DNA from: an uncultured Bacilli bacterium
GTDB lineage: Bacteria; Bacillota_I; Bacilli_A; RF39; UBA660
Length of the DNA: 44,422 nucleotides
Assembly: GCA_947624135.1 (NCBI GenBank)
Contig: CANQIV010000003.1
Location: 1 to 44,422, forward strand
Direction: 5' to 3'
Position numbers and translations under genes: made by a program. Positions 8,349 through 19,190 of the stretch are shown piece by piece (positions within the stretch are counted from its first letter, which is position 1; each line of letters begins with the position of its first letter). The notes under the pieces are model-generated. The model was not told where the DNA came from and searched no databases. It saw only the letters and a program-made list of their open reading frames with translations.

Positions 8349-11300
8349 ATGGACATAAAAATGCAAAAACTTATAGAAAAATTAAATTTATCAAGTGATT
8401 GTATAAATGAACTTAAAACAGGTAAATTAATTAAAATAGTTGGTAATAATACTAAAACAAAATATAATTTTTATATAGAAATTGATAATAATATTACAGT
8501 AGAAAGTTTTAAAGAATTTAAGGAAAAATTAAATGAATCTTTTAAAAATATAGAAAGTGTAAACATAGTTTTTAGCGTTCGTAATTTAACATACAATTTA
8601 ATAAATGATTATTATAAAATGATAATAGAATATTATTCAGAAGAAAGTACAATGCTTAAAAGTTTTAAAGATAATAAAGTAGAATATGAAAATAATATAT
8701 TAAATATATATGTAAATAATGTTGCTGAACAAAAAAAAATAGAAGAATATAAATTAAAAATAGAAGAATTTTTTTATAGATTAGGTTATAATAATATCAA
8801 TTTAAACATTATTAACTCTGATATTAATGAAAATGAAGAAGACTTCGAAATAAATACAGTAGATGTAGATTTATCAAATATAAATCAACAAAATAAAAAA
8901 GAAAATTATCAAGCAAATTGGAAAAAGAATTATACTCCTAAAAAAATAGAAACAGTTGATGATCCAAACGTAATATTAGGTAATGTGATAGATACTTATG
9001 TTTCTAGAATTGATTCAATAACAGGTAAAATACCTCTTATCGCAATCGATGCGGAAATATTTGGAATTGAAGTTAAAGAAACAAAAACAGATTTTAGAAT
9101 AATAACTTTAAAACTTACAGATAAAACTGATAGTATATTTGCTAAAATATTTGTAAATGGTGATGAAGAAACAAAAAGAATATCTAAATTACTTAAAGTA
9201 GGTAATTGGTATAAATTTAGAGGTTCAGTAAAAGATGACAAATATTCAAATGAAGATGTACTTAATATAAATGATATAAACATAAGTGAACATGTAGAAG
9301 AAAAATTAGTTGATGATGCTCCTATTAAAAGAGTCGAACTACATGCTCATACTATGATGAGTCAAATGGATGGTGTCACTAAACTTGATTTGGGTAAACA
9401 TACTTGTGAACTTGTATCAAGAGCAATCGATATGGGTTATAGGGGAGTAGCAATTACAGATCATAATGGTTGTCAAGCATTTCCAATCGCATATGGTATA
9501 ATAAATTCATATAATAAAAAAATAGAAGATCCAAAAGATCATTTTAAAGGTTTATATGGTACTGAACTTACACTTGTAGATGATACAGTAAATATAGTAG
9601 TAAGAACATGTGATACTCCACTTAATGGAACAACATATGTAGTATTTGATACAGAAACAACAGGATTTAATGCAGCAGGTGGAGATCAAATGATTGAAAT
9701 AGGTGCGGTTAAAATATGTGATGGAAGTATAATAGATAGATTCGATGAATTAATAGATCCTAAAAGACATATACCAGATAAAATAACAGAACTTACTAAT
9801 ATAACAGATGATATGGTAAAAGGTAAAGAAACAGAAGAAGAGGTAACTAAAAAATTCTTAAAATGGGCTGGAGATTTACCTATGGTAGCTCATAATGCTA
9901 AATTCGATATATCTTTTATAGAAATGTCAATGAAAAAATATAATTTAGGTGAATTTAAAAACACAGTAATAGATACATTAGAACTTTCAAGAACTCTCGA
10001 TCAAAGTTTTGCAAGACATAATCTATCCGCACTTGTAAAAAGATATAATGTACCTTGGGAAGAAGATGCACATCATAGAGCAGATTACGATGCAGAGGGT
10101 ACAGCTTTAGTATTTAGTAAAATGTTACAAAAATTAACTATACAAAATTTTAAAACAATACGTGATTTAGATAAATTAATATCTAAAGATGAAATATATA
10201 AATTTGGTAGAACATATCATTTTAATGCAATTGCAAAAAATAAAGTAGGTTTAAAAAATCTATTCAAAATAATTTCATTAGCAAACACTACTTATTTATA
10301 TAAAACACCTAGAATACTTAGAAGTAAATTAGAAGAATTAAGAGAAGGTTTACTTATAGGAAGCGGGTGCTACGAATCAGAGGTATTTATAGAAGCAAGA
10401 AGCAAAGATGGAGAAGAATTAACAAATATTATAAATTTTTATGATTATGTTGAGGTCCAACCACCAGAGGTATATAATCATTTAATACAAACAGGAGATT
10501 TTAAAGATGAAATAGAACTACAAAATCATATAAGAAAAATAGTAAATGCTACAAAAGAATCAGGAAAAATTATAGTAGCTACTGGAGATGTACATCATTT
10601 TACAAGAGAAGATAAAATATATCGAGAAATAATAATAAATCAAAAAGTACCTGGTGGAGGAAGACATCCACTAGCTAAAAATAGTATAACTAAAATACCT
10701 TCACAACACTTTCGTACTACTCGTGAAATGCTAGATGACTTTGAATTTTTAGGAGAAGATTTATCATACGAAATAGTTGTAGAGAATACTAATAAAGTTC
10801 TTGATATGGTAGAAGAAATAGAGGTAATAATAGATACAGGTGGTATTCCTTTTTCGCCACGTGTAAAAAGTGATGATGGAAATAGTTATTTGGATTGTCC
10901 AAGAGTTGTAACAGATCTTGTTTATGAAAAAGCAAAAGAATGGTATGGAGATCCACTACCACATAACATAGAAGGTAGAATAGCAACAGAACTTTATGGA
11001 GATATATTATATAAATATTGTAAAGAAAAATTAGAGAAAGAAAATTTAAATGAACAAGAATTAGAAGATAAAATATATTCTAATGTGCATGAAATTATAC
11101 TTAAAGGTTTCGATAATGTAAAGAAGAATTTAAGTGAATATTTAAAAGAAAAATGGACTGAAGAAGATGGAGAACTTAATGATAAATCATTAGAAAAAAA
11201 ATTAAAGAAAAATTTAGGTGGTATAATTGGAGGAGGATTCGATCCAATATATTTAATTGCTCAAAGATTAGTTAAACATTCAAATGATGATGGATATTTA

Positions 11301-13010
11301 GTAGGTTCACGTGGCTCCGTTGGATCAAGTTTTGTTGCAACCATGATGGGAATAACAGAGGTAAATCCACTACCTGCTCATTATCGTTGTTTAAATTGTA
11401 AGCATAGCATATTTAAAGATGATAATGGAAATGAACTTGGAGCAACTTATTCAAGTGGATTTGATTTACCAGATAAAAAATGTCCAAAATGTGGAGAACT
11501 CTTATATAAAGATGGACAGGATATGCCTTTTGCAACATTCTTAGGATTTAACGCAGATAAAGTACCAGATATAGACCTTAACTTTTCAGATTTAAATCAA
11601 GCTTCAGCTCATGAATATACAAAAGTATTATTCGGCGTAGATAATGTATATAGAGCTGGTACAATAGGTACAGTAGCCGATAAAACTGCGTATGGATTTG
11701 TAAAAGGATATTGCGAAGATAAAAATATAGTAATGCGTTCAGCTGAAATAGAAAGACTTGCAATTGGTTGTACGGGTGTAAAAAGAACCACTGGTCAACA
11801 TCCAGGAGGAATAGTAGTTGTACCAGATTATATGGAAGTTTCAGACTTTACCCCATTTCAATATCCTGCAGATGATCCTACAAGTGCTTGGAGAACAACT
11901 CATTTTGATTATCACGCAATAGATCAAGATTTACTTAAACTAGATATATTAGGACATTCAGATCCAACACAACTTCGTATGATACAAGATTTAACAGGAA
12001 TGGATATATTAACAGTACCTCTTGATGACAAAGAAACAATGAGTATATTTACAGATACTAGTGCTTTAGGAGTAACTAACGAACAAATCATGTGTCCAAC
12101 AGGAACACTTGGTATACCAGAATTTGGAACTCCATTTACAATAAATATGGTGTATGAAACAAAACCAACAACATTTGCAGAATTAATTAAAATATCAGGA
12201 CTTTCACACGGAACTGATGTTTGGTTAGGAAATGCACAAGAATTAATAAAAAATAACATAGTACCATTTAAAGAGGTTATAGGATGTCGTGATGATATAA
12301 TGGTATATCTTATGTACCATGGAGTTGAACCTATAAAAGCATTTAAAATAATGGAATTTGTACGTAAAGGAAGAGCCTCTAAAGATCCTGAAACATGGGC
12401 TTCTCATAAAGAAACTATGGAAAAAGCAGGAATAGAAAACTGGTTTATAGATTCATGTGGTAAAATAAAATACATGTTCCCTAAAGCTCATGCAGCCGCA
12501 TATGTAATAAGTGCATTTAGAATAGCGTGGTATAAAGTACATATGCCAGTATATTTTTACGCATCATGGTTAACTAGTAAAGCAACCGATGTAGATGTTG
12601 AAACAATGATAAAAGGATATGACGCTATAAAAGAAAAAATAATAGAAATACAAAATAAAGGTTACGATGCGACAAATAAAGAAATGGGACAACTTGAAAG
12701 TTTAAAAGTATGTTTAGAAGCAACCGCACGTGGTATTAAATTTTTACCAATTGATCTTGATAAAAGTAATTCATTGGAATGGGGAGTTAGAGATGATACA
12801 TCTATATATCCACCATTTTCAAGTATTGATGGATTAGGTGATACAGCTGCTAATAATATAGTAGAAGAAAGAGAGAAAAGACCATTTTTAAGCATAGAAG
12901 AGTTTCAACATAGAGCTAAAATATCAGCATCTTTATTAGAAAAAATGAAATCTATGGGAATTTTTGAAGGAATGAATGAGTCAAATCAATTAAGTTTATT
13001 TGATTTTTAA
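8349..13010 (+). CDS. polC: DNA polymerase III PolC-type alpha subunit
   Basis: OB fold, PHP (ELHAHT, AITDH), embedded exonuclease (VVFDTETTG, HHRADYD), GSRGSVGSS, PDIDLNFS, FPKAHAAAY, C-terminal QLSLF clamp-binding motif. Confidence 0.98.
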   Translation: MDIKMQKLIEKLNLSSDCINELKTGKLIKIVGNNTKTKYNFYIEIDNNITVESFKEFKEKLNESFKNIESVNIVFSVRNLTYNLINDYYKMIIEYYSEESTMLKSFKDNKVEYENNILNIYVNNVAEQKKIEEYKLKIEEFFYRLGYNNINLNIINSDINENEEDFEINTVDVDLSNINQQNKKENYQANWKKNYTPKKIETVDDPNVILGNVIDTYVSRIDSITGKIPLIAIDAEIFGIEVKETKTDFRIITLKLTDKTDSIFAKIFVNGDEETKRISKLLKVGNWYKFRGSVKDDKYSNEDVLNINDINISEHVEEKLVDDAPIKRVELHAHTMMSQMDGVTKLDLGKHTCELVSRAIDMGYRGVAITDHNGCQAFPIAYGIINSYNKKIEDPKDHFKGLYGTELTLVDDTVNIVVRTCDTPLNGTTYVVFDTETTGFNAAGGDQMIEIGAVKICDGSIIDRFDELIDPKRHIPDKITELTNITDDMVKGKETEEEVTKKFLKWAGDLPMVAHNAKFDISFIEMSMKKYNLGEFKNTVIDTLELSRTLDQSFARHNLSALVKRYNVPWEEDAHHRADYDAEGTALVFSKMLQKLTIQNFKTIRDLDKLISKDEIYKFGRTYHFNAIAKNKVGLKNLFKIISLANTTYLYKTPRILRSKLEELREGLLIGSGCYESEVFIEARSKDGEELTNIINFYDYVEVQPPEVYNHLIQTGDFKDEIELQNHIRKIVNATKESGKIIVATGDVHHFTREDKIYREIIINQKVPGGGRHPLAKNSITKIPSQHFRTTREMLDDFEFLGEDLSYEIVVENTNKVLDMVEEIEVIIDTGGIPFSPRVKSDDGNSYLDCPRVVTDLVYEKAKEWYGDPLPHNIEGRIATELYGDILYKYCKEKLEKENLNEQELEDKIYSNVHEIILKGFDNVKKNLSEYLKEKWTEEDGELNDKSLEKKLKKNLGGIIGGGFDPIYLIAQRLVKHSNDDGYLVGSRGSVGSSFVATMMGITEVNPLPAHYRCLNCKHSIFKDDNGNELGATYSSGFDLPDKKCPKCGELLYKDGQDMPFATFLGFNADKVPDIDLNFSDLNQASAHEYTKVLFGVDNVYRAGTIGTVADKTAYGFVKGYCEDKNIVMRSAEIERLAIGCTGVKRTTGQHPGGIVVVPDYMEVSDFTPFQYPADDPTSAWRTTHFDYHAIDQDLLKLDILGHSDPTQLRMIQDLTGMDILTVPLDDKETMSIFTDTSALGVTNEQIMCPTGTLGIPEFGTPFTINMVYETKPTTFAELIKISGLSHGTDVWLGNAQELIKNNIVPFKEVIGCRDDIMVYLMYHGVEPIKAFKIMEFVRKGRASKDPETWASHKETMEKAGIENWFIDSCGKIKYMFPKAHAAAYVISAFRIAWYKVHMPVYFYASWLTSKATDVDVETMIKGYDAIKEKIIEIQNKGYDATNKEMGQLESLKVCLEATARGIKFLPIDLDKSNSLEWGVRDDTSIYPPFSSIDGLGDTAANNIVEEREKRPFLSIEEFQHRAKISASLLEKMKSMGIFEGMNESNQLSLFDF

Positions 13011-13066
13011 AAAAATATATATTAAATTTTATGAAAATGTGTTAAAATTATAATGGAGGTAGAAAA

Positions 13067-13477
13067 ATGAAAAAAATAATTTTAGTGGCTTTACTAATGA
13101 CATTACTTGTTACAGGCTGTGGTAAAAAAGAAGATAAAGGAAACACAGATAAAAAAGATGAAAATGCTGTAAATGAAAAAGATCAAAATGTTAAAAGTTT
13201 TGAAGATCAAACAATAGAAGGTATATTAATAAGTGATTTTAATTTAAATTTTGTAGATAATATTACTGATATTTATGCAAAAGTTAAAAATACAACTGAA
13301 GAAGATAAAAGAGTAGAACAAATCAATATAGTTTTAACTGATAAAGACGGAAAAGAAGTTAACACAATGTTCTATCTTGGAAGAACAATAAAAGCAGGTG
13401 AAGAAATTCAAGTTCAATCTTCTATTACAGGAAATGTAGCCACATCAACAAAAGTAAATTATGAGATTCAATTTTAA
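13067..13477 (+). CDS. Lipoprotein with Ig-like (FxLYD-like) domain
   Basis: Signal peptide with lipobox LVTG|C; GGAGGT RBS. Confidence 0.75.
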   Translation: MKKIILVALLMTLLVTGCGKKEDKGNTDKKDENAVNEKDQNVKSFEDQTIEGILISDFNLNFVDNITDIYAKVKNTTEEDKRVEQINIVLTDKDGKEVNTMFYLGRTIKAGEEIQVQSSITGNVATSTKVNYEIQF

Positions 13478-13505
13478 GATTCAGAATTAATTCTGAATCT
13501 TTTTT
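13476..13505 (+). terminator. Intrinsic terminator (perfect 26-bp palindrome)
   Basis: AAGATTCAGAATTAATTCTGAATCTT plus T-run. Confidence 0.75.
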
Positions 13506-13516
13506 GGGATTTAAGG

Positions 13517-13601
13517 TTGTAAAAATTTATATTAAGTGGTATTATTAGTATAGATAGAAGAGTAAGAGATAAGCTTCTATTAGAGTGAAAGGAATGAAAA
13601 T
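13517..13601 (+). promoter_or_regulatory. Repeated pilin-family promoter/leader module (copy 2)
   Basis: TTGTAA-17-TATTAT (extended TG), ATAGAAG/CTTCTAT stem, GAAAGGA RBS. Near-identical modules at 40912, 42427 and 44331. Confidence 0.8.
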
Positions 13602-15420
13602 ATGAAAGAGATAAAACAAACAAATATGAGTAGGGGGGGGGGTACTTTACACTAGAAAAGTAAAGGCATTCACCCTAATAGAACTTTTAGCTGTAATAGT
13701 AATATTAGCTATAATAGCAGTCATAGCTACTCCAATAATATTAGGAGTAATAAATGATTCAAAATATAAAGCATTTAAAATAAGTTTAAACAATATAGAA
13801 CACGCATATGAACTTTATGCTGCTCAAAATAATATTGAACCCGGAACAGAAATAGATATAAGTAAATTACCTCTTGATTCTAAAAATCTAAAAGGTAAAG
13901 TATTCTTAAATGAAGAAGGTAAAGTAGAATTAAAAGAGGTAACCGATGGGACATATAGTGCGGAAGGAACACTAGATGATTTAAGCATGCTTAAAGGAAC
14001 AGTAGAAGATTTGTCAGCAAATCGTTTAGATGTAGAAGCAACTCTAAGTTTAAAATCAAATAGTATAATAGTAACAGTAGAAACAAAAGAAGGATACCCA
14101 ACAAGTTATAGTTATCAAATAACAGGACCAGATGACTATAAAAAGGAAGCAAATAACTTAAAAGAAAGTAAATATACATTTGATAAATTAAATTTAAATA
14201 CAGAATATAGTATAAAAGTAACAGTAAAAAATAAAGCTAATTTAACAAAAGAAATAACAAAGACAATAAAAACAGAATTGGTGTTAGAACCAGAATTAGG
14301 AAATTTAATACCAGTAGTATATAAAAATAATAACTGGGTAGTAGTAGATACAACAAAAGATAAATGGTATGATTATGAAAATCAAGAATGGGCTAATGCA
14401 GTAATATTAAATGACGGGATAAATAAAATAGCAGGACAAGAATTAAATTTAGAAACAGATGTAAGAGCAATGTTTGTATGGATACCAAGATATGAATATA
14501 AAATAGAAGGACCATATGGAAAAGGTGGAGTAAGTGCAGAAAGTCCAGGAGAAATAGAGGTAAACTTTATATCAAAAGATGTTGTATATGAAAATACAAA
14601 TAATAGTGGATATAGAGTACACCCAGCATTTACATTTGACTCTCAAGAATTATCAGGAATATGGGTAGGAAAATTCGAAACAAGTCATACAACATTATCG
14701 TCATTAATAAGTAACAATCTAGGATGTAGTAATAATAATTGTGCTAATGCAGATGGACTTAGAATATTACCAAATGTAGAATCATTAAGATATAATAATA
14801 TATCAAATTCATTTTATGCAGCACAGTCAATGGATAATAGATTAAATATACCTGGGGATTTACACATGATGAAGAATAGTGAATGGGGAGTAGTAGCATA
14901 TCTATCACAAAGTAAATATGGAATAAATAAAGAAATTGCAGTAAACGATAGTAGTAGTTATCTAACAGGTGGAGGAGATTATGTAACAAATGTAGCCCAA
15001 TCAACAACAGAAAATATAACTGGGATATATGATATGAGTGGAGGTTCATATGAGATGGTGATGGCATATTATGAACCAGCATACCAAACAAATCCAGATT
15101 TAAATTTACAATGGGGTTCAAATGAATCTACGAATTGGGCAGAATTCACACAAAAAATAGATTCCAAATATTACGATAGTTATACAAGTACTACTCCAGA
15201 AGAAGCATGCGGTGGAGAGATATGTTATGGACATGCAATTTCAGAAACAACAGGATGGTATAGTGACTATATGCATTTTTGGTCTTCCACAAATCCATGG
15301 ATTGATCGTGGCGGTGGAAACTCTAACAATGTTTTTACTGGAATATTTGCGAGTGGTTTTAACTTTGGTGAAGAGCGAAGCTTTAATTCATTCCGTATAG
15401 TATTAACTCCAGTTGCATAA
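13602..15420 (+). CDS. Type IV prepilin-like surface protein, copy 2, frameshifted at a G10 tract (predicted phase-OFF); FGE-like CLec C-terminal domain
   Basis: ATG 13602 reads MKEIKQTNMSRGGGTLH*. Removing one G joins the leader to AFTLIELL... and the 13987..15420 ORF, giving 605 aa. Confidence 0.8.
13633..13642 (+). repeat. Poly-G tract G10 (out of frame)
   Basis: AGTA-G10-TACTTTAC. Confidence 0.9.
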
Positions 15421-15764
15421 GCAAAAAACTTTTTTATTTAATAAATTAAGATATTTTTAAAGAGAATATAACTATTAAAAAAATATTTAAAATTTTTAAT
15501 AAAATTACAGTTTTTAAATATTTTAACAAAAAAATAAATAATAATATAAAAAAATAATTACAGAAACTAAATTTCTGTAATTTTAATATAACAAAAACAA
15601 AAATGTCATGCTTTGACATATCTAATTTAATATGGTATAAAAATTAAATAAATTAATTATTATATTTTCAATGACAATTAATTGTAAATATAAAGTAAAA
15701 ATATTCTTTTTATTTAAAAATAATGTTATAATATTAGTATGAATTATAGATGGAGCTGAAAGGT

Positions 15765-17963
15765 ATGACAAAGAAGAAAAAAAGAAAAGATGAGAATAAG
15801 GAACAAAGTGGATATGTGGTAGAACTTAAAGGAATATTCCTTTTGCTTGTAGCAATCATAGGTTTATGTCCTTTTGGTATAGTAGCCAATTTTATAAAAG
15901 GATTTTCATGCTTTTTATTTGGAACACTATGGGCAGTATTTTTAGTTTTTATAGGCGTAATAGGTTGCTATATAATAGTAAAAAGAAAATATCCTAAAAT
16001 ATTAACAGGTAAAACAGTAGGAATTTTTGTCATATTAGTAGGTATACTTACACTTTTACATATAAGTTATATTAATAATGAACAATTAAAAATTGATCCT
16101 AATAATTTTAAATTTATTGATGATTCTATAAAAGTAATTAAAGAAACTACAGATAATGTAATGAAAAGTATAAAAGACAGTGTATGGTGTGTTGAAACAG
16201 GTGGAGGAATAATTGGTGCGATATTTATAAGTCTATTTACTACACTTTTAACACTCAATGGTACTAAATTTATTTGTATTGCTTTAATAATATGTGGTTT
16301 AATAATTTATACAGGAGTATCATTATACGAGGTATTAAAAAATACTGGAGATAAGGTTAAAAATGTAGCAAATAAAGTTCATATTAACAAAGAAAAACAT
16401 ACTAAAGAACCAGATAAAGAAGAAAAAGAAGAAATAAAAGAGGTTATAGAAGACTTACCAGTAGAAGAAAAATCTGCACTCATAATGACACATAATGATG
16501 AAGGTGAGGTAATAAATAAAAAATATGTTTTCCCACCTCTCTCTCTTTTAAATAAATCAACAAAATCAGATGGTAAAGAAAATGATCTTGCAATAAAAAA
16601 TAATATTCCAATACTTATACAAGTTTTAAAAGATTTTGGTATTGAAGCTCATGTTGTAGATACCCATGTAGGCCCTGCAGTAACACAGTATGAACTTGAA
16701 ATAAAAGCTGGAACTAAAGTAAGTAAAATACTTAGTTTAAATAGGGAAATTGCTTTAGCTCTTGCAGCAAAAGATGTACGTATTCAAGCTCCTATTCCAG
16801 GTAAAAATACTATAGGTATAGAACTTCCTAATAAAAATATATCTATGGTATCTGTTCGCGAGGTATTAACTAGTGTACCTGCATCAAAATCAAATTCAAA
16901 ATTACTTGCTGTATTAGGTAGAGATATTATGGGTAATCCACAATGGATGGAAATAAATAAAACTCCACACCTTTTAGTAGCAGGTTCAACTGGTAGTGGT
17001 AAATCAGTATGTATAAATAGTATATTAGCATCTATTCTCATGCGTAGTAAACCAGATGAGGTAAAGTTAGTACTTGTGGATCCTAAAAAAGTAGAACTTT
17101 CAATATATAATGGTATTCCACATTTACTTGCTCCAGTTGTAACAGATCCAAAACGTGCGAATATTGCTTTAAAAAGAATTGTCTCAGAAATGGAAAGACG
17201 TTATGATGTCTTTGAGGACAGTAAAACTAAAAATATTGAAAGTTATAATGCTTATATAGATAAAAAGAATGAAGGACTTCCAGATAGTGAAAAAGAAAAA
17301 CATATGCCATTTATAGTAGTAATAATAGATGAACTTGCAGATTTGATGTTAGTTGCTGCAAAAGAGGTAGAAGATTCTATTATGCGTATAACACAGATGG
17401 CTCGTGCAGCTGGAATACATTTGATAGTAGCAACACAAAGACCATCTACAGATGTAATTACAGGAGTTGTTAAAGCAAATATTCCATCGCGTATATCTTT
17501 TGCTGTATCGAGTGGTATAGACTCAAGAACTATACTTGATATGACAGGCGCTGAAAAATTACTTGGAAAAGGTGATATGTTATTTTTACCACAAGGAACT
17601 AATTCACCTTTACGTATACAAGGAACTTTTATTTCAGAAGAAGAAACTAAAGCACTCGTAGATTTTGTATGTGCACAACAAAAAGCTCATTATGATGAAA
17701 CACTTACAATGGATGAAGAAGAAAAAGGTGCGACAACTATGACAGAAAATAAAGATGATTATGAAGAACCTTTATATAATGAAATAGTAGAATTTGTAAT
17801 TAGTCAAGGAAAGGCTAGCGCATCACTCCTTCAAAGAAGATTTCGTCTAGGATATAATAGGGCTGCAAGATGTATAGATTTACTTGAAGAAAGAGGAATT
17901 GTTGGACCTCCTAATGGAGCAAAACCTCGTGAGGTTTTAGCTAAAAATGAAGATCAAGAATAA
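15765..17963 (+). CDS. ftsK: DNA translocase FtsK/SpoIIIE
   Basis: N-terminal TM helices, HLLVAGSTGSGKS, IIDELADLM, LIVATQRPS, gamma domain LLQRRFRLGYNRAAR; start 15750 or 15765. Confidence 0.96.
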   Translation: MTKKKKRKDENKEQSGYVVELKGIFLLLVAIIGLCPFGIVANFIKGFSCFLFGTLWAVFLVFIGVIGCYIIVKRKYPKILTGKTVGIFVILVGILTLLHISYINNEQLKIDPNNFKFIDDSIKVIKETTDNVMKSIKDSVWCVETGGGIIGAIFISLFTTLLTLNGTKFICIALIICGLIIYTGVSLYEVLKNTGDKVKNVANKVHINKEKHTKEPDKEEKEEIKEVIEDLPVEEKSALIMTHNDEGEVINKKYVFPPLSLLNKSTKSDGKENDLAIKNNIPILIQVLKDFGIEAHVVDTHVGPAVTQYELEIKAGTKVSKILSLNREIALALAAKDVRIQAPIPGKNTIGIELPNKNISMVSVREVLTSVPASKSNSKLLAVLGRDIMGNPQWMEINKTPHLLVAGSTGSGKSVCINSILASILMRSKPDEVKLVLVDPKKVELSIYNGIPHLLAPVVTDPKRANIALKRIVSEMERRYDVFEDSKTKNIESYNAYIDKKNEGLPDSEKEKHMPFIVVIIDELADLMLVAAKEVEDSIMRITQMARAAGIHLIVATQRPSTDVITGVVKANIPSRISFAVSSGIDSRTILDMTGAEKLLGKGDMLFLPQGTNSPLRIQGTFISEEETKALVDFVCAQQKAHYDETLTMDEEEKGATTMTENKDDYEEPLYNEIVEFVISQGKASASLLQRRFRLGYNRAARCIDLLEERGIVGPPNGAKPREVLAKNEDQE

Positions 17964-18014
17964 TATTCGACAAAATAAAACTGCTTATTAAGTTACAATA
18001 AAAATGGTGATAAT

Positions 18015-18473
18015 ATGAAGAAGTATATGGTTACATTTTTAAGTGCTTTAATAATCGGTTTTTTTCTTGCTAATTTTTTTATAAAACAATATAAAAATAA
18101 TACAGGTATAAAAGTGGCTTTAAATAATGAAGAATTATATTTTATTCAATATGGAGTTTTTTCTAGTAAAGAAAGTATGGAAGAAAATACATTAGAATTA
18201 CAAAACTATGTATATAATATAGAAGACGATTTATATTATGTATATGTTGGAATAACTAAAGATAGTTCTATAGCAGATAAAATAGTAGATTATTATAAAA
18301 AATTAAATTATGAAACAATTATAAAAGAATTTAATATTCAAAATAAAGAATATTTAACATTACTAGATAATTATGATAAAGTTTTAAAAGATACAAATGA
18401 TGATACTGTTATTGCTTCCATTTTAAATCAAGCATTAATGAAATATGAGGAGGTAGTAATAAATGGGAGTTAA
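18015..18473 (+). CDS. Membrane-anchored protein with SPOR-like motif (SpoIIB-like position upstream of radC)
   Basis: N-terminal TM; YFIQYGVFSS motif. Confidence 0.6.
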   Translation: MKKYMVTFLSALIIGFFLANFFIKQYKNNTGIKVALNNEELYFIQYGVFSSKESMEENTLELQNYVYNIEDDLYYVYVGITKDSSIADKIVDYYKKLNYETIIKEFNIQNKEYLTLLDNYDKVLKDTNDDTVIASILNQALMKYEEVVINGS

Positions 18474-19152
18474 AATTAAAGATATACCTATTAGTGATAG
18501 ACCATGTGAAAGATTGATAGAGCACGGTGCAGAAGCACTAAGTAATGAAGAATTAATTGCTATAATATTTAAAACAGGCTTGAGAGGTACATCTGCAAAA
18601 GATTTAGCAACCTTTCTTTTAAGTGAAGTTGGAAATATAAAAAAAATGAATGATATAAATTATGAATATTTAAAAAAAATAAAAGGTATTGGACAAAGTA
18701 AAGCTTGTAATTTATTAGCTGCTATAGAACTTGGTAAAAGAATAAATAGAGAAATAGATACTATAAAAAATGTAAAATTAAACAATACAGGATTAGTGTA
18801 TAAATTTTATAAAGATAAATTAGGAGATAAAAAGCAGGAGCACTTTTATGCAGTATACCTTGATAATCAAAAGAAGATAATAGGAGATAAATTGCTTTTT
18901 ATAGGTACTATTAATTATAGTTTAGTTCATCCACGTGAAGTTTTTAAGGAAGCTTATTTACTTGGTGCATCTTCAATAATATGCGTACATAATCACCCAA
19001 GTGGTAATCCAATTCCAAGTAAACAAGATTTTGATGTAACAAACACTTTAATATCAGTAGGTAAAATATTAGGTATAAAAGTATTAGATCACATAATAAT
19101 ATGTAAAAATAATTACTATAGTTTTTTGGAAAATAATGATATAGCCTTTTAA
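18463..19152 (+). CDS. radC: RadC family (JAB domain) protein
   Basis: LSNEELIAI, IKGIG HhH, VHPREVF, HNHPSG, LDHIII. Confidence 0.95.
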   Translation: MGVKIKDIPISDRPCERLIEHGAEALSNEELIAIIFKTGLRGTSAKDLATFLLSEVGNIKKMNDINYEYLKKIKGIGQSKACNLLAAIELGKRINREIDTIKNVKLNNTGLVYKFYKDKLGDKKQEHFYAVYLDNQKKIIGDKLLFIGTINYSLVHPREVFKEAYLLGASSIICVHNHPSGNPIPSKQDFDVTNTLISVGKILGIKVLDHIIICKNNYYSFLENNDIAF

Positions 19153-19190
19153 AAAAAAATAATATATATTATAATAAAGTTGGTGATATA

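Noticed and set aside
10995-11216. Intein in PolC
   Set aside because: No Cys/Ser start or His-Asn end, and too short.
13594-13605. Tiny uORF ATG-NNN-NNN-TGA overlapping the pilin start codon
   Set aside because: Present in copies 2, 4 and 5 but absent in copy 3, and too close to the RBS to be initiated efficiently.
13987-13989. MLKGTVEDL starts (322, 13987, 41379) as true gene starts
   Set aside because: No RBS, the codon is GTG in copy 4, and the frame is open upstream through the pilin motif; these are internal codons.
15256-15420. Copy 2 3' end as the DGR template repeat for copy 1
   Set aside because: Many differences fall at non-adenine positions, it is coding, and no RT is adjacent.
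15421-15749. AT-rich intergenic region with hairpin AATTACAGAAA/TTTCTGTAATT as an ncRNA or origin
   Set aside because: Explained by a terminator-like hairpin plus ftsK promoter elements; no DnaA boxes or recognisable RNA motif.
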